Assembly: GCA_963675595.2 (NCBI GenBank)
Contig: CAXXLZ010000001.1
Span: 832,001-896,000 of the forward strand
Length of the DNA stretch: 64,000 nucleotides
Direction of reading: 5' to 3'
DNA from: Thermodesulfobacteriota bacterium
GTDB taxonomy: Bacteria > Desulfobacterota > Desulfarculia > JACQYL01
Each line of letters begins with the position of its first letter. Within the stretch, counting starts at the first letter, position 1. The translations under genes and the position numbers were made by a program. Below are positions 49,344-58,794 of the stretch, piece after piece. The notes beneath the pieces were generated by a model that worked only from the letters and a program-made list of their open reading frames with translations, had not been told where the DNA came from and did not search any database.

Positions 49344-50402
49344 TCAGTAGAAGCCGTCATAGATGTCCATGTCTCCCGACCGGCTCCTTCGTTCCACTCC
49401 GGCTTTGAATTGTCGTAGGGCTTCATAATCGGTGAACTCCACCCGGCGGTTCATGGCTTGGTGCTCCTCCGTGTCGTTGGGCACCAGCGGTCTGGAATCA
49501 CCGTACCCGCGGATTTCAAAGCGCTCCTCCTTCAATTGAAGCCGGTCCACCAGATATCGCTTTACACTGTCCGCCCGAGACAGGGAGAGCCGCCTCAGAC
49601 CCTCGGGGGAATCACCGCACTGAGTATGTCCTTCAATGAGAATTCTCTTGTCCTTCAGTGTACCGCTTTCCAAGGCTCGTGCGAGTTCTCTCAGCTGTCC
49701 GTGGGATTCGGGCAGAATATCGCATCGATTCATCTCGAACCGAATCATGAGCGGTACTTTCGGCCCCTTGTAGGGTGACTGGCCCCTGGTGAACGTCCGG
49801 TTCAATTTGGATCGGATTTCTTCGGAGGGCACAAGCCGGCTTGAAACCTGCCGGTCCAACAGGGCTGCTATGCGGTCTTCCAATTCGATCGCCCTTTGAG
49901 CCGCAAACGACATGCACTGCTTGGTGCCTGCATCTGCGGTCTCTGCGGCGGCGGAGGCGCAAATGCGCAGCCGTTCCCGAATCTCGTATAAGTTCGGCGG
50001 TATTCGGACCGAAGGCCTCAACAGCAGATCGGCTACCTGCAGGGCGTTCTTGAAAGCCGGTTCGCGACTCGGATCAAGACCCGCCGCTTCGGAATAGTGC
50101 TCCAACGCACGATAAAGGCTCCGTGTGTTGTGCCAGGTCGGGCCGGTTCGCCTCCATTCTTCAAGGGCTTGTTGGTGAAGCACATAAGCCAGGTTGAAAT
50201 GCGCCGCCGCGTATCTCGGGTCGACTTGAACGGCGTTTTCATAACATGCGGCCTCCTCGTCCGAGTTGGGCAGGGTCCGGGCCGTTTCCAGTCCTTTGTC
50301 CACCCATTGCCGTGCCTCATCCAAAGGGGCCGCCACGGCCGGAAAGCTCGTGAAGAACAGCAAACAAGAAACAAAAAAAACGGCCTGATAACAGGTCCTC
50401 AT
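49344..50402 (-). CDS. Exported TPR + OmpA-C-like domain protein
   Basis: Signal peptide ending AVAA; YAAAHFNLA TPR; IRFE...IEGHT...LSLSRA..VK..L...GYGDSRP...NRRVEF. Confidence 0.88.
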   Translation of the reverse strand: MRTCYQAVFFVSCLLFFTSFPAVAAPLDEARQWVDKGLETARTLPNSDEEAACYENAVQVDPRYAAAHFNLAYVLHQQALEEWRRTGPTWHNTRSLYRALEHYSEAAGLDPSREPAFKNALQVADLLLRPSVRIPPNLYEIRERLRICASAAAETADAGTKQCMSFAAQRAIELEDRIAALLDRQVSSRLVPSEEIRSKLNRTFTRGQSPYKGPKVPLMIRFEMNRCDILPESHGQLRELARALESGTLKDKRILIEGHTQCGDSPEGLRRLSLSRADSVKRYLVDRLQLKEERFEIRGYGDSRPLVPNDTEEHQAMNRRVEFTDYEALRQFKAGVERRSRSGDMDIYDGFY

Positions 50403-50787
50403 GGACGCCGACTCCCTGTGATTGAATCCGTTTGTCCAGCCTTTCGAAGTCAGGCGCCAAAGGGCAGGTGCCCGGGGTTCATGACGCCCCTGTGGAGAGC
50501 CGACTCACGCGCCCGACTTTGTATGGGATGGTTCCTCCATGAAGCTGCAAGCATAGGCCGAAGAACGGATCAACAAAAAGGAAAAAATCTTTCGAACGCG
50601 CATCGGGAAGCGACATGGGACGTAACGCCGGGACCCGGTTGTCTTTTTCTAAGGAAACAGGGCGCGCACCGTCTTGAGGGAGGAGGCCGGCGCACGCACG
50701 ACGGTTGTCGGCCGTTCCCGTTGCCGGCGAGGGAAGGGCGGGAGGCCTTCGGGATCGAGGGGCATTCTCCAGGTCGGACCATGGTGA

Positions 50788-52968
50788 TCAAGGCGTCTTT
50801 TCACCGGTTACGGCACCCCGCAGCCAATGCCATGCGGCGTCGATGTCGAAGAATCTAGATCCATAACCGAGGGCGCGCAGTCTCTTCGGCAGGAAGTGAT
50901 CATGCTTTTCTGTGATTGTATCCGCCGCATTCTCCGCAAGTTGTTCCGGAGTCGGCTTGGGTTTTCGGAGGATGTCCTCGACCGCCGCGACAAAGTCGTT
51001 CTCTTGACCTTCGAAAACGTCGATCACACCGGCGAAACAGTCGACCGTGAGTCCTTCCCCGCGCAAGAGAGCGGAAATCGTGTGGCAGGTTTCGTCTCCA
51101 AGCCAGGGAAGGATATGGAGATGTCTTTCATTCCGAATCACACTCGCGTTTTCGAGCCCCAGGGAACGAAAGCACTCGACTCCCTCTTCGAACAGGGCCT
51201 TGGCGGCGCGATCCAGGTAGATCGGCATCGTCCCGTCCCGGTACACCCGAAACATTTCCCGCCTTACCCGGTCATGTACCCCATATCCGCTTCCTCCAAA
51301 CCTCGGAGGTTTACCGCCTACGGCTCTCTTGAGCACTACCCGCTTGTTGTCGGGATCCACATGCCGGACTTCCCACCTCCTGCCGGCGAACACAACCAGT
51401 TGTCCCTCAAACAAAGGATTGTCGATGGGGACCGTGCCCAGAATTCGTCCTTCGAACTCCAGGCGGTACTCTTCCGGAGTCTTGAAAGCGGTATAGAACG
51501 TATAGTGTTCGACGAGTCTTTCCCCTTTGCGGCCGAGAACGATTTGTCCGTCCCGTGTTTGTGTGATGAGGTCGTGTTCTCCGAGGCTCCTGAGGAACTC
51601 CACGTACAGGTTCCGGTCGATCCGCCCAAAGGGGCCGGTGTCGCAGAGCAGCGACCAGAGCTGCACGGCCGCCACGCCGCCGTATTGACCGATGACGGAG
51701 AGGGTTTGTTGCACCAACGTCGACAGATGGTACCGGCTCTCCTGGGGCGGCTCATACCATTTATCGAGCAACAGGTTGATCATGGCGATGCACTGGAAGG
51801 TTTCCAGGCGCAACCGATCCCGCAGGTGACTTCTTGAAGTGACCTCATCCTCGGTGATGAACAACCTCAGAACGGCGGGTTCGCCTCTTCGTCCGGACCG
51901 ACCGAGACGCTGACGCAAACCGGCCACCGAATGCGGGGCGGTCACTTGAGCAATGGAATCCACCGATCCGATGTCGATTCCAAGTTCGAGAGTCATGGTA
52001 CAAATTGCGGTGGTCGGTTTTTTCCCTTGTTGGAGCCTGCACTCCAGACCCTCGCGAATTTCCTTGGAGAGATTCCCATGATGGGGGAAGAATTCGTTGG
52101 GAACTCCGTCGCGGTTGCAGCGGTCCGCCAAGCCGGCGGCGATTTCTTCCGTCCTCCGTCGCGTATTGGCGAAGACCAGATGCGACTTTCCTCTCAAGAC
52201 GGCGTAAAGGTCGTCCTCGACCCGTTCGAACACCGGTGGGTCGGTACCCTCGGGGTAGGCCGGGGAGCGATAGCCCCTGAGCTGTATTTTCAGGTCGGAC
52301 TTGCTTGCCGTTGATTCGATGATTTCGCAGGGAACGTCTTGATTGGGCCTCAGGCACTTTGCGACACGGTCCAGCTCGCCCAGCGTGGCGCTGAGCGCGA
52401 TTCGAGGAATAGTCCGGCGTAGTAGGAATTCCAGCCGGTGCATCAGAGACTGCAGTTGGCGGCCTCGCTCGGTGCCTATGAAGGAATGAAACTCATCGAT
52501 GATGAGGTAACGCAATCCGTTGAATGCGGAGCCGATCCAATTCGTTTGGTTCAGAAGCAGCGACTCCAGAGATTCGGGCGTAATCAAAAGAACGCCGCCG
52601 GGCTTCTTTCTCTGCCTGTTCTTGAGGGAGGGGCCCACATCTCCATGCCACGGAGTCACCTGCAACCGCAGCAGATCGCAGAGGTCTTGAAGTCTCCGAT
52701 ACTGATCGTTGATCAATGCCTTCAAGGGGCTGATATAGAGGATTCCAATACCGTCGAGTTCGAGTCGCGCAATGTGTGAACAAGCGGGAAGGAACGCGGC
52801 CTCCGTCTTTCCGGAGGCTGTGGAAGCGCTGAGGACAACGTCGCAATCCCCTCTCAGAATCGGTTCGACGGACCGTTCCTGAATATCGCGAAGGGCCCGC
52901 CAACCCTGCTTCCACACCCAGCGCCGCACTCCCTCGTGTAACAAAGCAAAGGCGCGAGACTCACTCAT
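50788..52968 (-). CDS. sngC: Lhr-like DEAD/DEAH helicase (Shango SngC-like)
   Basis: TASGKTEAA, SPLKALINDQ, IDEFH, LSAT, TLELGIDIG, QRLGRSGRR; third gene of the TerB/ATPase/helicase trio. Confidence 0.85.
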   Translation of the reverse strand: MSESRAFALLHEGVRRWVWKQGWRALRDIQERSVEPILRGDCDVVLSASTASGKTEAAFLPACSHIARLELDGIGILYISPLKALINDQYRRLQDLCDLLRLQVTPWHGDVGPSLKNRQRKKPGGVLLITPESLESLLLNQTNWIGSAFNGLRYLIIDEFHSFIGTERGRQLQSLMHRLEFLLRRTIPRIALSATLGELDRVAKCLRPNQDVPCEIIESTASKSDLKIQLRGYRSPAYPEGTDPPVFERVEDDLYAVLRGKSHLVFANTRRRTEEIAAGLADRCNRDGVPNEFFPHHGNLSKEIREGLECRLQQGKKPTTAICTMTLELGIDIGSVDSIAQVTAPHSVAGLRQRLGRSGRRGEPAVLRLFITEDEVTSRSHLRDRLRLETFQCIAMINLLLDKWYEPPQESRYHLSTLVQQTLSVIGQYGGVAAVQLWSLLCDTGPFGRIDRNLYVEFLRSLGEHDLITQTRDGQIVLGRKGERLVEHYTFYTAFKTPEEYRLEFEGRILGTVPIDNPLFEGQLVVFAGRRWEVRHVDPDNKRVVLKRAVGGKPPRFGGSGYGVHDRVRREMFRVYRDGTMPIYLDRAAKALFEEGVECFRSLGLENASVIRNERHLHILPWLGDETCHTISALLRGEGLTVDCFAGVIDVFEGQENDFVAAVEDILRKPKPTPEQLAENAADTITEKHDHFLPKRLRALGYGSRFFDIDAAWHWLRGAVTGEKTP

Positions 52969-52976
52969 GCGAAACC

Positions 52977-54302
52977 TCAGAGCCTGAAAGAGGCCAATTC
53001 ATCATTGTCGTCGGCATCCGTCGTTCCCACGGAGGGCATATTGGTGTCGGCCTCTTCAGGAATGCGGACTCGACTGATGAGCCGGTCCCAGTGCAGATCG
53101 GGATTCTGCTCGAGGATCGCCAGGAGATCGACAAACGCCTTGATGGTGTTGCGCGGCGTTCTGAAGTAGGCGTCTCCGACTCGCTCGGAACAATGGGCCA
53201 GAAAAGCGGTCAGCGCCTCATCGGGAACCAGGTACTTGTCTTGATCGCCCCCGGCGAAAACATGGCGCAGGTTGCGCAGCAGAACATACAGCTCTTCCGG
53301 GGCAAGATTGGCCAGGTGAAGGGTTGGGGCGTAGTAGTCCACAAGTCCGGCTTTTTCGGCGAAGGCATTGTCGGCCAGACGGGATTGCAGGGCTTCATAG
53401 CTGTAGAGACCTTTGCGCGGGTCCAGCAAAAAATCGGGGGTGCCGCCCAGAATGAAGCCGATGTGCCCGGCGCTTCCCTGCAGGCAATCATTCAGAATGT
53501 GCAATATCTTTTCATAGTTGGAAACACGCGCCTTTTGACTAGGAAGCTTGTACAGGGCGACGGTTTCATCCAGGTTGACCAAGAGGCCTTGATAGCCCGC
53601 CTGCCGAACGAACAAACTCATGAGCTTCAAATGGTCGTAAATGTCTGCGTCATCAACGATGGTGCGCACGCCCAGAGCGCTACGCGCCTCCGTCTTCGTA
53701 GTGAATTCGCCTCGAAACCAACGCACTGCGTCGGACTTGAGTTGCCGGTTGTCCTGTTCATGCCCTTTCCAGTATGCGGAAACCACTTTGGCGAAGTCGT
53801 ACCCGCCCACCAGTTCGCTCAAGTGATCCAACTGCTGGGAAATCACGGAATCCACCGTCTCGCCCGACGAGTCCGAATGTTTGCGCGCTTCCGTGATGAA
53901 CCGTTCCACAACACTCGACAAGGCATTGCCTTCCGGCTTCGTGCGTGTGGAAATATTCTTCATTAGTTCGGCGTAAAGGTTCCTCGCTTGTCCGCCGGTC
54001 GCGTGAAGCCGCCTTTCGGGAGACAGATCGGCGTGCACGGCGACCAAGCCCTTCTCCAGCGCTATGGAGCGAATCAATTGCAGAAAGAACGTCTTACCCG
54101 AACCGAACTCTCCAATGATCAGGCGGAACGCGGAACCCCCGTCGGATATGCGTTCGATGTCCTTGAGCAAGGCCGCGACCTCGCGGACCCGGCCGACCTG
54201 AATATGCTGCAAACCGATACGCGGCGTCACTCCGGCACGAAGCGACTGAATCACGGCGTCCCGTTCCCTGGGGCGGAGTTTCGGTTTGTTCTCATTGAGC
54301 AT
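52977..54302 (-). CDS. sngB: P-loop ATPase of the DUF2791/BrxD type (Shango SngB-like)
   Basis: QSLRAGVTPRIGLQHIQVGR; GEFGSGKT; LVNLDE; SYEALQSRL. Confidence 0.85.
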   Translation of the reverse strand: MLNENKPKLRPRERDAVIQSLRAGVTPRIGLQHIQVGRVREVAALLKDIERISDGGSAFRLIIGEFGSGKTFFLQLIRSIALEKGLVAVHADLSPERRLHATGGQARNLYAELMKNISTRTKPEGNALSSVVERFITEARKHSDSSGETVDSVISQQLDHLSELVGGYDFAKVVSAYWKGHEQDNRQLKSDAVRWFRGEFTTKTEARSALGVRTIVDDADIYDHLKLMSLFVRQAGYQGLLVNLDETVALYKLPSQKARVSNYEKILHILNDCLQGSAGHIGFILGGTPDFLLDPRKGLYSYEALQSRLADNAFAEKAGLVDYYAPTLHLANLAPEELYVLLRNLRHVFAGGDQDKYLVPDEALTAFLAHCSERVGDAYFRTPRNTIKAFVDLLAILEQNPDLHWDRLISRVRIPEEADTNMPSVGTTDADDNDELASFRL

Positions 54303-56529
54303 CGATCATCTCCTTGGCCAGGCTCACGTCCACGTAGACGGGGTCTCCGTCGTCGAGGAGAGGAGCATGTGCGGTATCGAAAGCCCATTCATTGAGCACT
54401 TCCATGGCGCCGTCCACCATGAGCCCCAGTTCTTTGCACAGTTCATGAAACGCGGTTCGGTCCCATGTTTCTTTGGTGATGAGTCGGTCGAAAAGCTTCC
54501 GATGGGGACGATCCAATCCCACGAGCGGATCCTTGTTGGAAACGACATCTCCGGAAGGCGTCTCGGCCTCGAGAGCCTCTTCGGTCCGTTCGGAGAATAT
54601 CCGCTCCAGCACACCTTGCACCTGTCGCGTTTCCTCTTCTCGAATCCTGATCAACTCTTCATTCAGCTGAAACCGTTTTGCGGGGGGCGGCTCCGCCCTC
54701 GGCTTTGGAACGGAAAAAATGGGTTCCCGGTCTCGAAAGGCCACGGTCACCGGCTCGGTTTCCGCGGCCAAGGCATGAATATCCCCGGCAACCCGATCCT
54801 TTTCCAGGCCGATGGAGGCATAAAGCTTTTCCAGTTGCCTGACTTCCTTCGGGGCTATGCGGCCGTCCGCATGGGCCACCGAAATCAGTATGCGACTGAT
54901 TGCGTTTTTTTCCGGGACATCGAGTCGCGAAAGAATGGGTTTCAGACCCGCCGCACCCTGTGGGGTTCTCATGCACCAAGTCAAGAAAGCGGATAGGGAA
55001 TTCTTTTCAATATCGGTGAGTCGACGGTCGTCCCGTATCAAATGTCTGAGCGTCGCCTCTTCAGCCGGCGACAGGTCCCGGTCGATTTGGCTTACCAGAG
55101 CCCCGAGTCGAAGAACGGCGCCCATGGTTCGGAACTCCGGCGACGGCCGGAAATCCGAACCATGTCCCTGAGGAAAGACCGCCACTTTGCCGCCGGGGTC
55201 CGGCTTCATGGGATGAAATCGAACGTCGGGCGCCATTCCGAATCCCGCCGCCTGCATCACGATCGCCAGGTTCTCCGCGTCTTTTTTGGTCATTCGTTCG
55301 GGAGACTCCCGGCCGAAGCCCTCATAGAGGACATCCACGTCGATCAACGTGGGACCGTTGGCGCAAATGCGGGCAAGGCTTCCTTTTGCCGCGATGACGT
55401 TGGGAGACTTGCTCTTCAATTGGTCGGGAAGAAGCGCCAGGGTGTCCAAAGAGTCGGCGTCGGCCCCTTTTCTCGCGAGCCAACGGCTGTAGGGTTCCAA
55501 GTCGGCCGTGCATTCTTCCACTAGCCCGCTCAGTTTCTTCAATGGTGCGGTCAGAATGAACGGATTGGGGATGTCCGGCGTCCTGAGTTTCAGACCACCC
55601 GCCAGGGAAGGACTCGCGGCGCGATATTGGACCTTCAGAGGCGTCTTGTTCGGCTTGACGACCAGCCCCGCGCCGAAACACTTTTCGTATCGGGCGGCGA
55701 AAAGTTCCCGGAACTCCCTCGCGCAGCGACGCGCGGGCGTCTTAAGTCCGAAGTCGGGATGCAAAGTGTACCATTGGAGCGCCAAGTCCGCGGGGATGGG
55801 TTTTCCCTCGGCGACCATCCGCGCAAGGAGGAACTGAAAGGATGGCAGGCAGTATCGGTCGTTGAGGTCAAGATAGTCGGGCACGGGTTCGTCGCTGCGA
55901 TACACCATCCATTCCATGGCGAGCAGGCCGTGGGCGTAGCGGCGAAACGACCGATTGCTTCCGTAGATGGCGAGCAGGCGTTTCACTTCGTCGATAATTT
56001 CCCGCCGCTCACGGTCGGAGATGCCTTCCCGTTGACCGTCGACGAATAATCGACGTTCGAGACCATAGAAGAACAAAAAGACATATCCGATATAGGTTTC
56101 AGGTTCGGACCGTCCGGTGGCCGGCCATTTCAGGTAGGCGCCGCGGCACTTTGCCGGAATCGTCGCATACCTCGGCCAATAATCCATTTCGTCGCCGGCC
56201 TCCCAGGGTTCCGCCGGCGATACCTTGAGCCTTGGGTTGATGAGACACGCGTCGTCGCCGTACCCGTGGATATCCGGCAGGCGTTCGCCCACGTAGATCA
56301 GCCCGCCGGGGATGTCATAGCCTTGTACGGTGACGGGCCGGTCCTTTCCGTACCATTGTGTCGGTTTCTTCCTGGAGCGCGAAGAAGGGGCGGGCGCACT
56401 CTCATCGGCGTTCAGTATGTCGTGACGGAAGGTCGGTTCCGGGCGTTTCGATACGTCTTTTTGGGAGAAGAGTCTCCTCACGACACGATACGCGAGATAC
56501 AGGAGAAACAGGCCGACGAGCAGTTTCAT
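54292..56529 (-). CDS. sngA: TerB-N/TerB/TerB-C protein (Shango SngA-like)
   Basis: N-terminal TM; YWPRY..I...CRGAYL; IGYVFLFFYGLERR; VAHADGRI; C-terminal LGLMVDGAMEVLNEWAFD. Confidence 0.85.
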   Translation of the reverse strand: MKLLVGLFLLYLAYRVVRRLFSQKDVSKRPEPTFRHDILNADESAPAPSSRSRKKPTQWYGKDRPVTVQGYDIPGGLIYVGERLPDIHGYGDDACLINPRLKVSPAEPWEAGDEMDYWPRYATIPAKCRGAYLKWPATGRSEPETYIGYVFLFFYGLERRLFVDGQREGISDRERREIIDEVKRLLAIYGSNRSFRRYAHGLLAMEWMVYRSDEPVPDYLDLNDRYCLPSFQFLLARMVAEGKPIPADLALQWYTLHPDFGLKTPARRCAREFRELFAARYEKCFGAGLVVKPNKTPLKVQYRAASPSLAGGLKLRTPDIPNPFILTAPLKKLSGLVEECTADLEPYSRWLARKGADADSLDTLALLPDQLKSKSPNVIAAKGSLARICANGPTLIDVDVLYEGFGRESPERMTKKDAENLAIVMQAAGFGMAPDVRFHPMKPDPGGKVAVFPQGHGSDFRPSPEFRTMGAVLRLGALVSQIDRDLSPAEEATLRHLIRDDRRLTDIEKNSLSAFLTWCMRTPQGAAGLKPILSRLDVPEKNAISRILISVAHADGRIAPKEVRQLEKLYASIGLEKDRVAGDIHALAAETEPVTVAFRDREPIFSVPKPRAEPPPAKRFQLNEELIRIREEETRQVQGVLERIFSERTEEALEAETPSGDVVSNKDPLVGLDRPHRKLFDRLITKETWDRTAFHELCKELGLMVDGAMEVLNEWAFDTAHAPLLDDGDPVYVDVSLAKEMIDAQ

Positions 56530-56615
56530 ATTCCGTTCTCCCCGGGAGCGGACGGCTGAGGAACAGTGCACGTGTACCGTATGAGCGGCTCCGTTGGACA
56601 CTGCTTTCCGTCCGG

Positions 56616-56643
56616 ATTATACGAATCCGATGTCCGGTGTCAA
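56616..56643 (-). promoter_or_regulatory. Consensus sigma70 promoter for the Shango-like operon
   Basis: TTGACA-N16-TATAAT, 87 nt upstream of the ATG at 56529. Confidence 0.7.
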
Positions 56644-56751
56644 AGGATGAACGACCATTTCGAGCGGAAGGAACCTGATTCAGGGAGATCGGGGGCATGA
56701 TCGGTGACTTTGAAGTGATTTCGCCCGGTGATTTAATGAATCAGGGCCCGC

Positions 56752-57561
56752 TTACAGGACGCCGAGGATCCAGCCCTCGACCGCGGCGACTTCGCGTTCT
56801 CCGGGCAACAGGGAGGGTTTGAAAAATTTCGGGAGGCTGCCGTCGAGATCGGCCTGCCGCAGCCAGGTGGCGGCCGCACAGGCATCCTGCTGATCCGGCG
56901 TGCGACCCTCTTGTGGAAAGATGTGCTTCCACAGGGACGGGTAGACCTCCGCCAGAGCCGAACGTCCCGCGGGAATGTCCCACCCGTCAAAGGGCCAACA
57001 GTGAACGCGCTCCCCGAGCCGATTTCGCAGAAAACGCAGCCAGGGAAGACCGGCATGGGTGGACTTGGCCACCGAACCGGGCACATCGAAATGAAAGACC
57101 GACTTGGCGCCGGCCCGTTCCTCGGCGATTCTTCTCCAACGGCTGTTCCCGGTGCGCGCCTCGGCGTGGCCCAAAGATCCGTCTCTGACGAAATCGACAT
57201 AAGTGGCTTTCAGGTCCGTGGGCCAGTGCTGATGAAAGTCATCCAGAAAAGTCGGCCAATCAGGATTCAGACGGTGCACTTCGAAGTAGCGCAGAGGAAA
57301 AGAAAAACCGTGGTCTATTCCCACCAGGGTCGGCGCGTCTTCGGACAGCCGCTCGACGAGCCACTGGGCAAGACCGCGCCGGGTCCAGTACTTGCGAGGG
57401 CTTGAGGGCGGCTGAACCTCCACCGGCAAGGACTCGCGTGTCGCCTCGTAGACCCGAAGCCCCTTCAGACTCGTTTCCGGGGTTGCGGCGCCTGAGTAAT
57501 CGATGCCGATGTAACGCTTGAAAGAAGGTTTGACGCGCTCCGGCATCCTTATGACCACCAT
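56752..57561 (-). CDS. DUF429-like predicted RNase H-fold nuclease
   Basis: Acidic motif series GIDYSG / GIDHGF / AEVYP / QDACA. Confidence 0.65.
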   Translation of the reverse strand: MVVIRMPERVKPSFKRYIGIDYSGAATPETSLKGLRVYEATRESLPVEVQPPSSPRKYWTRRGLAQWLVERLSEDAPTLVGIDHGFSFPLRYFEVHRLNPDWPTFLDDFHQHWPTDLKATYVDFVRDGSLGHAEARTGNSRWRRIAEERAGAKSVFHFDVPGSVAKSTHAGLPWLRFLRNRLGERVHCWPFDGWDIPAGRSALAEVYPSLWKHIFPQEGRTPDQQDACAAATWLRQADLDGSLPKFFKPSLLPGEREVAAVEGWILGVL

Positions 57562-57777
57562 GCCCGCGCACCTCGCTTATTCAAAGGTATGGCCAAATTT
57601 CATCCACTCGGAGGGGGAGTCCCTTCGCGCAACTCCCGATCAGGGTTGCCGTGACACCTTCCTCGTTTTCAAGGTCTCATGAGTCCGCATACCCGGCCGG
57701 GTCTTCGGCAATCTCTCGCAGATGCGCTTTTCATGTCGCAAGTCCCGTCGTGAGCTGGTCGTAAGACTTGTCACAAC

Positions 57778-58794
57778 CTATTCATCGGTATTCGGCTTCA
57801 AGCGTTTGCGGCCCTTGTCGGTCAGGCGGTATTTCTGTCGGCTGCTGCGGGGCTTATCCGGGATGGTCATTTCAATCAGTTCGGATTTGAGGGCGGGCAG
57901 CAGATATCGTTTGCGGAAATGCTCGTCGTCTCTCAGCCCCAGCGCGGCCTTGAGCCGGCGACGGGTCATTTCTCCCGAAAAAGCGGAGAGTAATGCGACT
58001 TCCGGGGTAGCTTCCCGGGTGACTTCCGGGGTCGGGGCGAGGATCGCATCCAGGGTCATGCGAAGCATGAAGGCGATGAAGGGCGCGCAATCGGTCCCTC
58101 GCGTGCTCTCCTGCAACGCTTGGTAGTACTCGGCCTGATGCTCGAAGATCAGGCTCTCCACCGGGATGTCGGCGAGCAGGGGATTCCAATGCGTCAGAAT
58201 CAGGCTCTGCCACAGCCGCCCCATGCGCCCGTTGCCGTCGGCAAAAGGGTGGATGAATTCGAACTCGTAGTGAAACACGCAACCGGTCACCAAAGGATGT
58301 TCGTCGGTGGTTTTCAGCCAATCAAGCAGATCGAACATCAATTGGGGCACCCGGTCCGCCGGAGGAGCCATGTGGATCACCCGCGGGCCCGCCTTGACCC
58401 CTACGCCGCCGGACCGGTACATGCCCGCCTCGTCGGCCAGGCCGGACATCAAAATGCGATGCGCCTCCAGCAGGTCTTTTTCCGTCTTGGGTTTCCAGGT
58501 ATTGAACCGGTCGTAGGCGGCCGGCGCGTTTTTCACCTCCCGCACCTCGCGCGGCGAAGCGATCACCCGTTTGCCCTCAAGAATCGTGGTCATCTGGTCC
58601 TCGCTCAGAGTGTTGCCCTCGATGGCCAGGAACCCATGAATGGTGCGGATGCGATTGACACGCCGCACCCGCAGCGCCCTGGGCCGGTCGGTGAGCACGG
58701 ACAGCCGCCCTGGGTCAAAGCTGATCGCGGCGACCCGGATCAGGATGTCGGGGGTGATGGTGTAGGGCGGCTGGAAGGTGGAGGGCTTGATCAT
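57778..58794 (-). CDS. Fic-domain protein with C-terminal HTH
   Basis: HPFADGNGRMGR; LAIEGN inhibitory-helix motif; IEMTIPDKPRSSRQKYRLT. Start MIKPS overlaps the upstream stop. Confidence 0.92.
   Translation of the reverse strand: MIKPSTFQPPYTITPDILIRVAAISFDPGRLSVLTDRPRALRVRRVNRIRTIHGFLAIEGNTLSEDQMTTILEGKRVIASPREVREVKNAPAAYDRFNTWKPKTEKDLLEAHRILMSGLADEAGMYRSGGVGVKAGPRVIHMAPPADRVPQLMFDLLDWLKTTDEHPLVTGCVFHYEFEFIHPFADGNGRMGRLWQSLILTHWNPLLADIPVESLIFEHQAEYYQALQESTRGTDCAPFIAFMLRMTLDAILAPTPEVTREATPEVALLSAFSGEMTRRRLKAALGLRDDEHFRKRYLLPALKSELIEMTIPDKPRSSRQKYRLTDKGRKRLKPNTDE

Noticed and set aside
50788-56529. TerB-ATPase-helicase trio as a novel system
   Set aside because: The architecture matches the described Shango anti-phage system, so it is listed as features only.
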